The notes beneath the pieces were generated by a model. It did not search any database, was not told the DNA's origin, and saw only the letters and a list, made by a program, of their open reading frames with translations. From Mobula hypostoma (taxonomy: Eukaryota), in the NCBI RefSeq assembly GCF_963921235.1, contig NC_086097.1:155436001-155500000 (forward strand): 64,000 nt of DNA, written 5' to 3'. Below are positions 37,345 to 50,869 of the stretch, piece after piece. The position numbers were made by a program, and so were the translations under genes. How positions within the stretch are numbered: position 1 is the stretch's first letter; every line of letters begins with the position of its first letter.

Positions 37345-40300
37345 CGAAAACCCCTGGAAACGTATACTAGTATCTCAGCAACAGTTTACCAATACAAAAC
37401 ATCTGGAAAACATGACAGATTCAACATTCAATCTAACAACAACAAAAAAAACTGTCTTGACAAAGATTCAGTCTGTCAGGAGGTCTACCAGTGCGCTGTG
37501 ATCTGCGCACTTCCCCTGGTGACCCCGCAGGTACCGCTGGTGATGGTGTTTTGGGTGGGTCTGGTATTGGGAGCTGAGAGGGGTCTGTGTGTCTGCGTGA
37601 GAATGTCCATCCTCCTCAGGGGACCCCGACCGCTCTGCCAGCATCTTGCCCTCTAGTGAAGTCACTGGTGAACATGCTTCCGCAGCAGATCTGTCTCACA
37701 AATGACAACTCCATGGAACTGTCTGCCTCTGAGCCGGTATCATGGCGCAGGTGCACATGGTCCTGATGTCTGCGGAAAACACGCCCATCAGTCAGCTGAA
37801 CAACATAGGAGACGGGACCACTCTGCTTAAGAATAACCCCAGGCAGCCATTGCTGATTGTTTCTCACATAGACATTGTCATCCGGTTTTAACTGCCTCTC
37901 TCGCGCATGTTGATCATGTCCCTCCTTCTGCTTTTCCTGCTTTCTCTCCACTTTTGCCTTCATATCCGGGTGCAGCAGATACAATCTTGACTTGGACCTA
38001 CGTCCCATCAGCATCTCTGCTGGAGTGCGGGCTGTCGTAGAAACAAGAAACATGAAAGGCGAATGCTAAGAGAGTCCTCTGTCATCTGCTTCAGGTCTTC
38101 CTTCACTGTCTGAACAGCCCGCTCAGCCAAACCATTTGAGTCTGGGTGGAAAGGGGCCGTCCGAATGTGACGAATGCCATTCTGCGGCATGAACTCACTG
38201 AACAGCTCACTGGTGAACGTCGGGCCATTATCAGTGACCAGAGTGTCAGGCAACCCGTGGACTGCAAACACTTGCCTGAGTTTGTCTATGGTTGTGGGGG
38301 CTGGGATGTTGCTCATGATGTGAGCTTCGATCCATTTAGAATGCACATCTACCATTACAAGAAACATCTGCCCTATAAAAGGGCCAGCAAAGTCCAGATG
38401 TAGCCTAGACCAGGGGTGGTCTGGCCACTCCCATGGGTGTAAAGGAGCTGGTGGTGGCATATTCTGATTAGTCTGACATTGCGTGCATGATTTTACCTTG
38501 TTCTCCAGATCCTGATCCATTCTTGACCACCAAACATAGGATCTTGCAAGGCTTTTCATTCGAGACACTCCTGGATGAGTCTCATGAATTTCCTCCACAA
38601 TCTGTGAACGGCCAGGGGACTGATGAAAGCGTTGGACTGCAAAAACAATGGCGAGACCTTCTTTGTCTAGCTGTGAATATCCCTTCTCAGCAGCTGTCAG
38701 GGTACGTGAAGCAAAACCAATAGGCTTCTCTGAACAGTCCTCCATTACATGTGAGAGAACTGCCCCGACTCCATGGAGCGAGGCATCGCATGCAAGGGTG
38801 ATCTCCTTGTCTGGGTCATAGTGAACAAGCAGCTTCACTGAGTGGAGGAGTTCTTTCACTTCCTTGAAAGCTTTCTCCTGCACTTCACCCTACTGCCACT
38901 TAAGTGTCATTGTGAAGCAGCTTATACAGTGGGGTCAAAACCCTTGAGAGGTCAGGAAGAAACTTGCCATAATAATTCACCATGCCCAAAAATGATCTGA
39001 GTTCCGTGATGGTCTTAGGGCTTGGGGCCTCCTTAATAGCTCTCACTTTGTCCTCCACAGGGAAAAGCCCCTCAGCTGTGATCTTGTGTCCCGGGTAAGT
39101 CACACTGGATGCCAGGAATACACATTTTCCGCGTTTCAACTGCAGCCCTGCGTCTGAGAGCCTCTTCAGCACCCGTTCTAAATTAACCAGATGCTCCACC
39201 TCCGTAGCCCCCACGATCAAAGTATCATCAAGGTACACTGCTCCGTGCGGAATCCCCTGTAGCAAAGTGTCCATTGTCCTTTGGAAAATGGCAGGGCTGT
39301 GTAGCCTCAGGGTCGACATGGAGTTTCACCGTCATGCCCTTCAGTGTTCCCAGCTCGTCCCTGAAAACGTCACTGTACCACTGCAGAATGTCCTCCGTCG
39401 TGTGTGGATACTTAATTTCATGCCAGTTTAGCCGGATTTTGTGAAGCCAATCGCTACCCAAAAGACTGGACCTCCTGCCCTTAGCTATCACTAGCCTGGC
39501 TTCAGCCTTCTGACCCCCGGCTGAAATGTCCACATATAACACCCCTAAGTGAGGTATGGGCTGCCCCGTATCGGTCCTAAGTTTGAGCTTTGATGACCTG
39601 ATGGAAGGCAGGTTGGACCCCCATGTCCTCCTGTAGGTCTCCTCACTAATGACCGATGCAGTAGCCCCGAATCAATCTCAAACATAATGTCCTTTCCCCT
39701 GACAGTGACTGTGGCATAATACGGTTCAGGTGATTCCTCATCTGTTTCCACTGCAAACACGTTGTAGGCACAGGCTGCCTCTTCATCTGCATCTTCTAGA
39801 TGGTGTGTGGCTGCCTGGGCCTGTAGAGCTTTCCCCTGCCCAGGCTTAATCTTACCCTTTCAACTTCTGCTCTTTTTAGCTATATGTCCCTTTTTGCTAC
39901 AAGAATGGCAGACAGTGTCTTTGAATTTGCAATCATTTGCATAGTTCTTCCCTCCTCACCGGAAACATTCCACCGGCTTTGCCTGTTTACCAGTCTCCCT
40001 CCTGACTTGGTGCGACCCCCCATGTCCTTTCTGGATATCCTTGACATTATTAGCAGCCATCTCCAGGCCTTGGGCAATCTCTAAGGCTTTCTTGAAAGTC
40101 AGCGGTGGGGTTTTCCCTAACAGGCAGTGTTGTACGCTGTCATTATTAATGCCGCATACCAATCTATCATGGAGCATGTTTTCCAACGCTGATCCAAAAT
40201 CACAATGCTCTGAACAGCTGCCAAAGCTCGGCCACAGAATTGTCCACAGACTGACCTGGCTTCCTGAAACGGCTGTGAAACTTACACCATTGGACTATCA

Positions 40301-40878
40301 CAGAAAGTTTTGGATTGTAGTGGTTCCCCACGAGCTTGACCAGTTCGTCATATGGAATGTCCCCCAGTTTCCGCGGTGTGGCTAAATTCCTTATTAGCTT
40401 GTAAATCTTTGTCCCACACATACTCAGGAGAATAGAGTGCTTCTTAGCCTCCTCAGTAATTTCATTAGCACAGAAAATGTGTCCCAACCTTTCCTCGTAC
40501 TCCAGCCATTCCTCTTTTTCCTCCACAAATTCACCGATAGTTCCAAACATAGCCACCCGAAAAGCAAAGCTGCTTGTCCCCGCACAGCTCCTGTTTGAAA
40601 CGTGCCGACACATCCACAAAACCAGTTCACCTCGTCACCAAAAATATGTAGTAACTTCTACTTTGAAAAAGGCACACTCAACAACTTCATGCTGAAAGAA
40701 ACAACTTTATCTCGAACGTCAAAACTGTTATACATATACAGAGGCTTTCACAACCCGTACGGCATGGCAGGGACACTATATACAAAAGCACACTGGAAGT
40801 GAAAGAATGGAAGTAGAACCCCACCTCCATTATCCTAATTAATATTAACTTACTTTTAATAATGCTCACATTGCAACA
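37345..40878 (-). mobile_element. Ty3/Gypsy LTR retrotransposon (5' LTR 40647-40878, PBS, gag-PR-RT-RNaseH-IN), frameshifted; 3' LTR not seen
   Basis: PBS tggtgacgag at 40631-40640; gag LHDRLVCGI with CCHC-like knuckle; PR FEIDSG; RT YLDD; RH LACDAS; IN RLHLDFAGP, TDNG, SNGLAER. Confidence 0.95.
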
Positions 40879-41229
40879 GATATAACCATTATAAGGAGGA
40901 GGGGGAAGGAGGTGCAGCTACAGTAGGCATGTGAAGTGTGAATCCAGGTTATCAGGTCGGGTGTTGGGTGATAAGCAGATGGAGCAGGGCGGAGAGAGGG
41001 AATGATGTTTAAAGCTTGGACTGTTTTAGTGGTGTTTAATACTGCGGCTTTCTGGAGATTTCATTGAATGTTGCTGTATAGGCCTAATTGTTTTGTTGGG
41101 CAATGCAATTGGTGAAAACCTACATACAGTAATTCACAACCATTGACATTGAATTGGGGTTCACCTCAAGAGGCTGGTCTGACGTGATGAAATAATTACG
41201 TGAAGCTTTTTTTTACTGTGCATTATGTA

Positions 41230-41900
41230 CAGTTTTTTTTAGATTATGAGGACATGCAGTTCTCGTTTATTGTCGTTTAGTAATGCATGCATTAAGAAAT
41301 GACACAATGTTCCTCCAGTATATCACAGAAACACAAGACAGACCAAGACTAAAAAACTGACAAAAACCACATAATTATAACATATAGTTACAACAGTGCA
41401 AAACAATACTGTAATTTGATAAAGAACAGACCATGGGCGCGGTAAGAAAAAGTCTCCAAGTCTCGAAAGTCCCACATCTCACGCAGACGGTAGAAGGAAG
41501 AAAACTCTCCCTACCATGAACCTCCAGTGCCACAAAATTGCCGATGCAGCACCCTGGAAGCACTCAACCACAGCCGACTCTCGGGTCTGTCCGAAAACTT
41601 TGAGCCTCCGACCAGCCCTCCGACACCGAGCACCGAGCACCATCTCTGCCGAGCGCTTCGACCCTGGCCCTGGCTGCCAAGCAACAGGCAAAGCCGAGGA
41701 TTCAGGGCCTTCCCCTCCAGAGATTCTCGATCGCACAGTAGTGGTGGCAGTGAAGCGAGCATTTCAGAAGTTTCTCCAGATGTTCCTCCGTGCTTCTCAC
41801 ATCTGTCTCCATCAAATCAGGATTGTGCATGGCATCCTACTTGACAAATACAGATATCATTCACCGGAGAGTCCGTGTGCGCTGCATCTTCTCTTCCCCC
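41230..41900 (-). repeat. Interspersed non-autonomous repeat, unclassified and probably LINE-derived
   Basis: GC-rich body with an AT-rich tail-like end; overlapping ORFs have no recognisable domains. Confidence 0.45.
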
Positions 41901-42019
41901 TTTTGGAGGACAATATCAAGTTTGTTACAGTTTCCCTTGAACTTAAAACACCTCACCCACTTTACTTGCGAAAACCGACTTTGATGACCTTGATGCTCCA
42001 GGAAGGTGCCAGAATTATT

Positions 42020-42480
42020 GAACCTGTCAACGCAGTCGCTTTGAAAATTGCCAGAGTTTTGGGAGCAAAATGCCCTCGCTTGGTTTGTACAAGCCATGGT
42101 CTAATTTGCACTGTGAGAAATATCCGTGCATGACACCAGAGTTTAATACATAGTAAAGCCGCTCAGTAAGAGTTGTGAGTCTGCTTGATGCTCGCCTGAA
42201 CACAATAAATACCGATTGCTGAAAGCTCGCCTTTTATAGACATTTGGACTGTTGGAGTCTAAGTGTGCCAAGCAGTTGATGTCCTTGCCTGGCCTGGGGG
42301 ATGATAAGCCTTAAGAGCTAATGGACCACATGCTCTCTCTCCTGAGAGAATCACCATCGATATCTTATTTTTAAAGGACTCTTCATGCAGCAAAGACCTA
42401 ATCAAGTTCTCATAGCCCTCACTGATATACCAGTAAATTACGATAGGGAAGTTGTTAAAATGGCTGATGGTCTACACTGA
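42020..42480 (+). mobile_element. Degenerate Gypsy gag fragment
   Basis: VNAVALK(L)PEFWEQNALAWFVQA readable across frameshifts. Confidence 0.65.
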
Positions 42481-44469
42481 GCAAGGCAGAGGTGCATAAT
42501 TTCTCCTCCTCTCCCTGCCTCAATAACACTAGTGAGCAGGGTATCCACCACACGCATGTCCATGGCTTTCAAAACAGCCATTTTCATCCAGCTATCCACT
42601 TAATCTATGCCCCTTCTCATTTTCTACACCTCTATCAATTATTCTTTCATGTTTCGCATTCGAAAGATTGCTTGTTCAACCTTCCAGTCCAGTGAGCATC
42701 CTGGTAAATCTCCTCTGCACCCTCCATAGCTTCCACACGCTTTGTGCAATGAGATGATAGATTCAATACATTCACCAGGAGGTGGACGAGGAGTCGAGGC
42801 AAGCAATCGGCAAACGCAGCAAACTAAATTTCTCAATGTGAGTTGGCAGTGTTCCAAAATTGCTCTCACCTTGCAGACATGCCTTCCAATTGATTTCTCC
42901 AGCCTCCCAAATGTTTAACTATAGAATAACAGATCAGATTTGATGAGCTGAACAGAAGAATTCTCCTTCGTCTTATGGCCTTATGGAGACTGTTCTGACT
43001 GGTTGCTCACCTCTTGCTATCGATGGGCACTGCACAGAACCGGAAAAGGCTGCCAAGGGTTGTAAACTGACCCAGCTCGCTCATGGGCTCCAGCCTCCCG
43101 AACATCAAGGACATCTTTAAATGGTGGTGACTCAAAACAGTGGCATCTATCATTCAGGATCCCTAGGACAAAGGATATGCTCTTTTCTCGTTCCTACCGT
43201 CAGGGATCAGGGACAGGAGTCTGAAGAGAGACACCCAACATTTCAGAAACAGTTTCTTCCCGTCCCAACAGCAGATTTCTAAATGTGGTCAGTGAACCCA
43301 TGAACAATATTTCATGCATTTGTTCTGTTTTGCACTGATTATTTATTATTTTAATTTGTAGTATATTTTATGTATTACACTGTACTGCTGCCACAAAACA
43401 ACAAATTTTTGATAAATGTCAATGATAATAAACCTGATTCATATTTTAACATGTAAGAGGTACAGAGAAAGAGCAGTAGAGGTAAAGCAAAAAAACAGAT
43501 CATAATGAGGGACTTTAATCATCCCTGCTATCATTTACGTTAACATCTTCTACTCCCTTTCAAAAGCCTTCATACCTGCTAAGACCTTGTTATTTAAAAA
43601 GGTATTTTCCTGGCTCTGTTTGATGCTATTTCAAAAGGCCAGAAGCTGATATACATTTTGAACTACACTCTCAACTTGATCGGCTCTTTCAACGATTACT
43701 ACATAAACACTCCTTAACATTACCATTGGTGATTAGTCACTGAGCTGTAAGCTCACACAAAGGCAATTTACCAGTACAGATCTCACTTACCAGTGTTTGG
43801 CCTATCTCCTTCAAAACCTTCCCAATCCATGTACGTGTCCAGCTATCTTTTAAAAGTTGTTATTGTACCTGCTTCAAGCAGCACCTCCCACAGCTCATTC
43901 CACAAAGATATAGCCCATTGAGTGAAAAATATAGATGTCCCTCAAGTTCCTATGAAATCTTTCCCCTGTCACCTTAAACATATACCCCATAGGCCTTGAC
44001 TCCTAACCCTTGGGAAGGACTGTGTGCACTCACTGTCTATGTCCCTCGTGATTTTATACATTTCAATAAAGTCAATTCCCAGTCTGCTACAGTTCCCTTC
44101 CTGACCTGCTCAACCTCTCCCTATTACTCAGGTCCTCAACAACTGACAAAATTCTTGTAAACCTTTTCTGCGCTCTTTTCAATTAAATGACATCTTTCCT
44201 GTAATGGTGTCCACAGGATTCAGAATCAGAATCAGGCTTATTATGAAGGACATACAGGTAAAAGTTACTATAAATTATGAGATAAATAAAGAATACAAAA
44301 TGGTTGTTCATGGGTTCATGGACCATTCAGAAACCTGAAGGTCAAGAGGAAGAAGCAGTTTCTGCATCATTGAATGTGGTTTACAGGCTCCTGAAGCTCC
44401 TCCCTGATGGTAGGAATGAGAAGAGGGCATTTCCTGGATGGTCCTCTTGAGACACTATAACCTGACACA

Positions 44470-47400
44470 TAGAAAACATGGAAAACCTACAGCACAATTC
44501 AGGCCCTTCGGCCCACAATGTTGTGCTGAGCATGTACTTACTTTAGAAATTACCTAGGCTTGCCCATAACCCTCTATTTTTCTGAGCCCCATGTACCTAT
44601 CCAAGAGTCTCTTACGAGGTCCTATTGTATCCGCCTCCACCACCATCACCAATAACCCTTTCCACACACTCACCACACTGTGTAAAAAGAAAAAACTTAC
44701 CCCTGACATCTCCTCTGTACCTACTTCTAAGCACCTTAAAACTGTACCAGCTCGTTTTAGCCATTTCAACCTGGGAAAAAGCCTCTGACTATCCGCACTA
44801 TCAATGCCTCTGATCATCCTATACACTTCTATCAGGTCACCTCTCATCCCCTGTTGCAGCAAGGAGAAAAAGCCAAGGTCACTCAACCTATTCTCATAAG
44901 GAATGCTCCCAAATCCAGGCAACATCCTTGTAAATCTCTGTGCCCTCTCTATAGTTCCCACATCTTTCCTGTAGTGAGCTGACCAGAACTGAGCACAGTA
45001 CTCCAAGTGGGGTCTGACCAGGGTTGTATACAGCTGTAAAATTACCTCTCGGCTCTTGTACTCAGTCCCATGGTTGATGAAGGCCAATACACTGTATGCC
45101 TTCTGATCCACACAGTCAACCTGTGCAGCAGCTTGGAGTATCCAGTGGACATGGACCCCAGGATCCCTCTGATCCTCCACACTGCCAAGAGTCTTACCAT
45201 CAATACTATATTCTGCCATCATATTTGTCCTACCAAAATGAACCACCTCACACTTACCTGTGTTGGACTCCATCTGCCACTTCTCAGCTCAGTTTTGTAT
45301 CCTATAGATGTCCCATTGTAAACTCTGACAGCCCTCCACACTATCCACAACACCCCTAACCTTTGTACAATCAGCAAATTTACTTACCCATACCCTACTT
45401 CCCCATCCAAGTCATTTATAAAAATCACAAAGAGAAGGGGTCCCAGAACAGATCCCTGAGGTACACCACTGGTCACCAACCTCCATGCATAATATGACCT
45501 GTCTACAACCACTTTTTGCCATCTGTGAGTGAGCCAGTTCTGGATCCACAAAGCTATGTCCCCTTGGATCCCGTGCCTCCTTACTTTCTCAATAAGCCTT
45601 GCATGGGGTACCTTATCAAATGCCTTGCTGAAATCCATATACACTACATCTACTGCTCTACCTTCATGAATGTGTTTAGTCACATCCTCAAAAAATTCAA
45701 TCTAGCTCGTAAGGCATAGAATTTCCCGTGCTATCTCTACTGCTTTTCTTGAATAAGGGAACAGCATCTGCAACCCTTCAATCCTCCGGAACCAGTCCCG
45801 TCCCCATTGATGATGCAAAGGTCATTGCCAGCGGCTCAGCAATCTCCTCCCTTGCCTCCCACAGTAGACTGGGGTATGTCTCATCCGGTCTCATCTGAAT
45901 CAAAGTATTCATTAAGTACCTCCGCTGATGAAGTATGTAAAAGGGTTAACACATTAATTAAACAATAGCAACCTGTTCTTTCTGACAGAAACCACTGATG
46001 ATCAACAGATGTGTTAAGCCATGCTGAGCCATATTTCTTCTCGGAGTTAGTGTTTCAAGGTCTTAGTTTCTTTGTACAGTCATGCGCAGAGATAAGACCA
46101 GCCTGTTCTGTGTATGTTCTGTCCATTATAACTATTCTGTAATTTATCTCTCGGTACTGTCAAGCAATAGATAAGTCTGACTCCAGCTTGGTATGTGTGG
46201 GGTTATCTGAGCACTATATCTTTTCTGTTAGGGGAATTGTGAGTTATTTGGTGGGTTGGGTAGGAAAAGTCACAGACAGACTGTTCCTGTTTGAGTGACT
46301 AACTGAGTGAGCCCAGGGTGCTTTGAATAAAGAGTTTGCACTTATATGGTCTCTGAGTGACTTTATCCGGATTCGACTTCCACACCGCTACCTCCTACGG
46401 TTCCATATACACTTTTCCACTGTCACACTTGATTGGTCCTATTCTCCCACCTCTTCTTGCTCTTCACATACTTGTAGAATGCCTTGGGGTTTTCCTTAAT
46501 CCTGCTCGCCAAGGCCCCTTCTGGCTCTCCTAATTTCATTCTTAAGCTCATTTCTGATGGTCCTGTAATTATCTAGATCTCCATCATTATGTAGTTTCTT
46601 GAACTTTTCATAATCTTTTCTTTTCTTCTTCACCAGATTTTCTACAGTCTTTGTACACTTTGGTTCATATACTGTACCAAACTTCCCATCTCATTGGAAC
46701 GTACCTATGCAGAACGCCACGCAAATAACCCCGAACATCTGCCACACTTCCCCTGTACAGTTCCCCGATAATATCTGCTCCCAGTTTATGCTTCCAAGTT
46801 CCTGCCTGATAGCTTCATATCTCCCCTGACTCCAATTAAATGTTTTCCTGACTTGTCTACTCCTATCCCTCTCCAATGGTAAAGGAGATAGAATTTTGAT
46901 CATTATCTGCAAAATGCTTGTCCACTGAGAGACCTGACACATGACCAGGTTGATTTCACAATACCAGATCAAGTACAGCCTCTCCTCTTGTAAGCTGATC
47001 TAGATATTGTCATAAAACCTTCCTGAACACAGCTAACAAATTCCACCCCATCTAAACCCTTTGCTCTTGGGAGATGCCAATCAATATTGGGGAAATTAAA
47101 ATCACCCATCACGACAGCCCTGTTATTATTGCACCGTTCCAGAATCTGTCTCCCTCTCTGCTCAATGTCCCTGTTTCTATTGGGTGGTCTATAAAAAAAC
47201 ACCCAGTAATGTTATTGACTCCTTCCTGTTTCTAACTTCCACCCACAGAGACTCAGTAAACAATCCCACCATGGCCTCCACCTTTTCTGCAGTTGTGACA
47301 CTATTTCTGATCAACAGTGCCACGTCCCCACCTCTTTTGCCTCCCTCCTTATCCTTTCTGAAACATCTCAAGCCTAGCATTCTGAGCAACCATTCCTGAC

Positions 47401-48060
47401 CCTGAGCCATCCAAGTCTCTGTAATAGCCAAAACATCACAGCTCCAAGTACTGATCTATGCTTTAAGCTCATTTGCTTTGTTCATGATACCCTTGCATTA
47501 AAATAGACACATCTCAAACCATAAGTCTGAGCGCATCCCTTTTCTATCACCTGCCTATCCTCCCTCTCACACTGCCTACAAGCTTTCTCTATTTGTGAGC
47601 TAACCACCCCTTCCTCCATCTATTCAGTTCGATTCCCACTCCCTTTTAATTCTAGTTCAAACTCTCCCCAGTAGCCTTAGCAAGCCTCCCTGCCAGGACA
47701 TTGGACCCCTCGGATTCAAGTGCAACCTGTTCATTTTGTACAGGCCACTCCTGCCCCAAAAGAGGTCTCAATAATCCAAGATACTGCAGGATATTGTGGA
47801 CACGATCAGAAACATCCTGGACCCTGGCACCTGGGAGGCAAAATGTTTCTTTCCCGCATCCACAGGATCACCTTTCTGACCCCCTAACTATAGAGTCCCC
47901 TATCACTCTGTAAAGCTGTCTTCTTTTAAAATTCTTCCTGCCAGTCTACTCGCTGACGTCCACGCACCTGCGCAGTCGTTCCTCAATCAAACTGCTGAAG
48001 AAAAAATTATTTCCTTTTAAGCTCTTCCCGCCAGACTAAAACAGTTAGACCACAAAGGAG
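44470..48060 (-). mobile_element. CR1 LINE (ORF1 remnant plus ORF2), interrupted by a solo LTR
   Basis: Minus-strand ORFs with [34 protein letters not shown]. Confidence 0.9.
45926..46384 (+). mobile_element. Solo LTR (459 bp) with 4-bp TSD
   Basis: tgatgaag...ttccaca; CCGC at 45922-45925 and 46385-46388; aataaa near 46326; the CR1 host rejoins across it. Confidence 0.85.
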
Positions 48061-48646
48061 CTGCAAACAGCCTTGGGGAGTTGTCATGCAGGATTCCCTA
48101 AAGATTGAGTCGGTGAGAAGAAAGGCAAACGCAATGTTGGTAATCATTTTGAGAGGAGTAATTATTAAACATACCCATTGACATGGCCTCCACAGAAACG
48201 TGTGGCAATGAATTCCATACATCCACAACCATATAGCAAAAGAAATTCCTCCTCACCTCTGTTCTAAAGGATAGTCCTTCCATTTTGAGGATGTGACCAA
48301 TGGTCTCAGATTCCCCTATGGGAGGAAGCATTCTCTTCGCATCCACTCTGTCTTGGCCTTACAATAATCAGTTGGATTAAATGAAATCTACCCACAACCC
48401 ATGTTCTTCTACACTCTTGCGAGTACAGGGAAGAGTTATCAAAAGTTCCTCATATATAAGCCCTTTCTCTTCCGGGATCACTCCTGTGTACCACATCTGG
48501 ACCCTCTCAAATGCCATCATATCCTGGCTCAGATCAGGGGCCCCAAACAATACTTCAAATGCGGTCTGACCAATGCCTCATAAATCCTCTGCATTACATC
48601 CTAGAGTTCCCCTCTCAAAATGAGTACTAACATTGCAGTTGACTTC

Positions 48647-48846
48647 TATACCACTGACAGAGCGCAATAGTTCTGTGAGAACTAACTCAGTCACATACAG
48701 ACAGGGAGGGTGATTATTACACATCTCAGATACGTTCAGGGTGGCTGCCAAACGAACAACTGTAAAATGTGACAATAAATGAACTGGAACATATCACCAT
48801 AATTTTACTGAACGTACACACCACGAACGCATTTTAAAAACAAGAA
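48647..48846. repeat. LTR-like repeat also present at window start (about 20-190)
   Basis: acagagcgca...gtgagaac...tcagtcaca...ttcagg.tggc colinear between the two sites. Confidence 0.6.
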
Positions 48847-48849
48847 CAA

Positions 48850-50005
48850 TAAGTAGCATTGGATGTTGTTTATTTGGATTTTCAGAACACATTTGAACTG
48901 GTGCTGCTTAACAAGGTAATGGCCCATGATATCACAGCAAAGATACTGGCATGGAGAGAGCAGGAGCTGATCGGCAGAAGGCAAAGAGGGGGCATAAAGT
49001 GAGCTTTTTTCTGATAGGCTGCTGGTGACTGGTGGTGTTCTGCAAATGCTGGTGTTGGGACCGCTTCTTTTAAATTGTATGTCACTAATTTGGATGACAG
49101 AATTTATGGTTTTGCGGCCAAGTTTGTGGACAATATGAAGATAGGCAAAGGGGTAAGTCGTGCAGAGGAAGTAGGGAGGGAGGCTGCAAAAGGACATGGA
49201 CAGATTAGAAGAATAAGCAAAGAAGCAAATGGAATTCAGTGTCAAGAAGTGTATTGTCATTCACTTTAGTAGAAGGAATAAAAGCACAGACTACTTTCCA
49301 AACAGGGAAAAAGAACTGAAATGTATGAGCTGCAAAAGGTCTCGGGATTGTCATGCAGGATTCCCTAAAGATTAATTGATAGGTTGAGTTGGTGAGGAGA
49401 AAGGCAAATGCAATGTGGTATTCATTTCGAGAGGAGTAAAATATGCAAGTGAGGATGTAATACTGAGACTTTATAAGGCACTGGTGAGTCCTCACTTGCA
49501 GTTTTGTGAGCAGTTTTATGCCTTTATTTAAGAAAAGTAGAGCTGACATTGGAAACAGTTCCTATGAGGTTATGAGAAAAGAGTCCAGGAATGAAAGGCA
49601 TATCGTATGAAGAGTGATCAATAGCTCTGGGCTTTTACATGCTAGAATGTCAGAGAATAAGCAGGGATCTCATTAACTGTTGAAAGACCTAGATAGTGGA
49701 TGTTGAGAGGATTTTTCTACGGTGGCGGTCTCGGACCAGAGAGCACAGCCTCACAGTAGAGGGATGGCCATTTAGAATGCAGAGGGTGGGGAATCTGTGG
49801 AATTTGTTACCATGGGTGACTGTGGTGGTCAGGTGATCGGGTGTATTTAAGGTGGACGTTGGTAAATTCTTGATGAATCAGGGTGTGAAAGGTTAAGGAG
49901 AGAAGGCGGGTGTATGAGGCTGAGAAGAAAATGGATTCGCCATGATGAAATGGAGGAGCAGACCTGTTGTGCTGAATAGGCTAATTTTCTCCTCTGTCTT
50001 ATGGA
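48850..50005 (+). mobile_element. Old CR1 RT/3' fragment
   Basis: NLDDRIYGFAAKFVDNMKIG; CR1 3' UTR. Confidence 0.8.
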
Positions 50006-50869
50006 ATTCTTCAGTACTATCACATCTTTTTTTGTAAGGTACTGACTGGAATAACGCACAGTCATTAAGCTGTGATGTACACCAGTGCTCTGCACAATTC
50101 CAAAATAAACACTTTCCCATTTTAACTTTCTTATATCCCTGTCTCCAAAAGAAGACAAGGATAAGTGGTGAGTGTGGTAAAATTCTTTTTAACTAACATG
50201 TACAGATCATCTCGCAATGTTTGCAATCGATCAGCTCCTGACTTGGTGAGTAATCTCTTCTCTGCCTTCTGATCAGTGTTAAATGTAAATACATGTGTGT
50301 AATGAAAAGGTCAGGAAGTAGTTGACAAAGATATACGGCAGCATTGAAAACTCCCTTCTCCTCAGCCCCCAGAAACAACCCCAATCCCCTTCTCTCTTAT
50401 CTCCCACTCTCCGTTTTACCTTCCTCCCTTCCAATTCCCTGTTCTTTCTTTCAATCTACCCCAACCCAATCCAGCTGTCCCTCTGACAATCTCCAACTGC
50501 TCAAGGGGGCTCTCTGTTTCAACTCCTGGTGAATCAGGAATCTGGTTTACTGACAACACCGCTGTTGTTGGGCGAAATCAAAGCTGGTGACAAATCAACA
50601 TATAGGGAGATTGAAAACAACAACAACTTCTCACTGGACTTCAGCAAAATCAAAGAGCTGTTTCTTTGACTATTGGAGGAAGAATTCAGGGGTCTATCAG
50701 CCAGTCCTCATTGGGGGATCAGAGGTGTAGTGAGTCCGTAACTTTAAATTCCTTGGAATTGTCATTTCAGAGGATCTGTTCTGGGATATACGCGTAAGAG
50801 GCAATTCCGAGAATCTCAAGAAAGTGTCTCTACTGTCACAGACATTTGCGCAGATTCAGCATGCCACAC

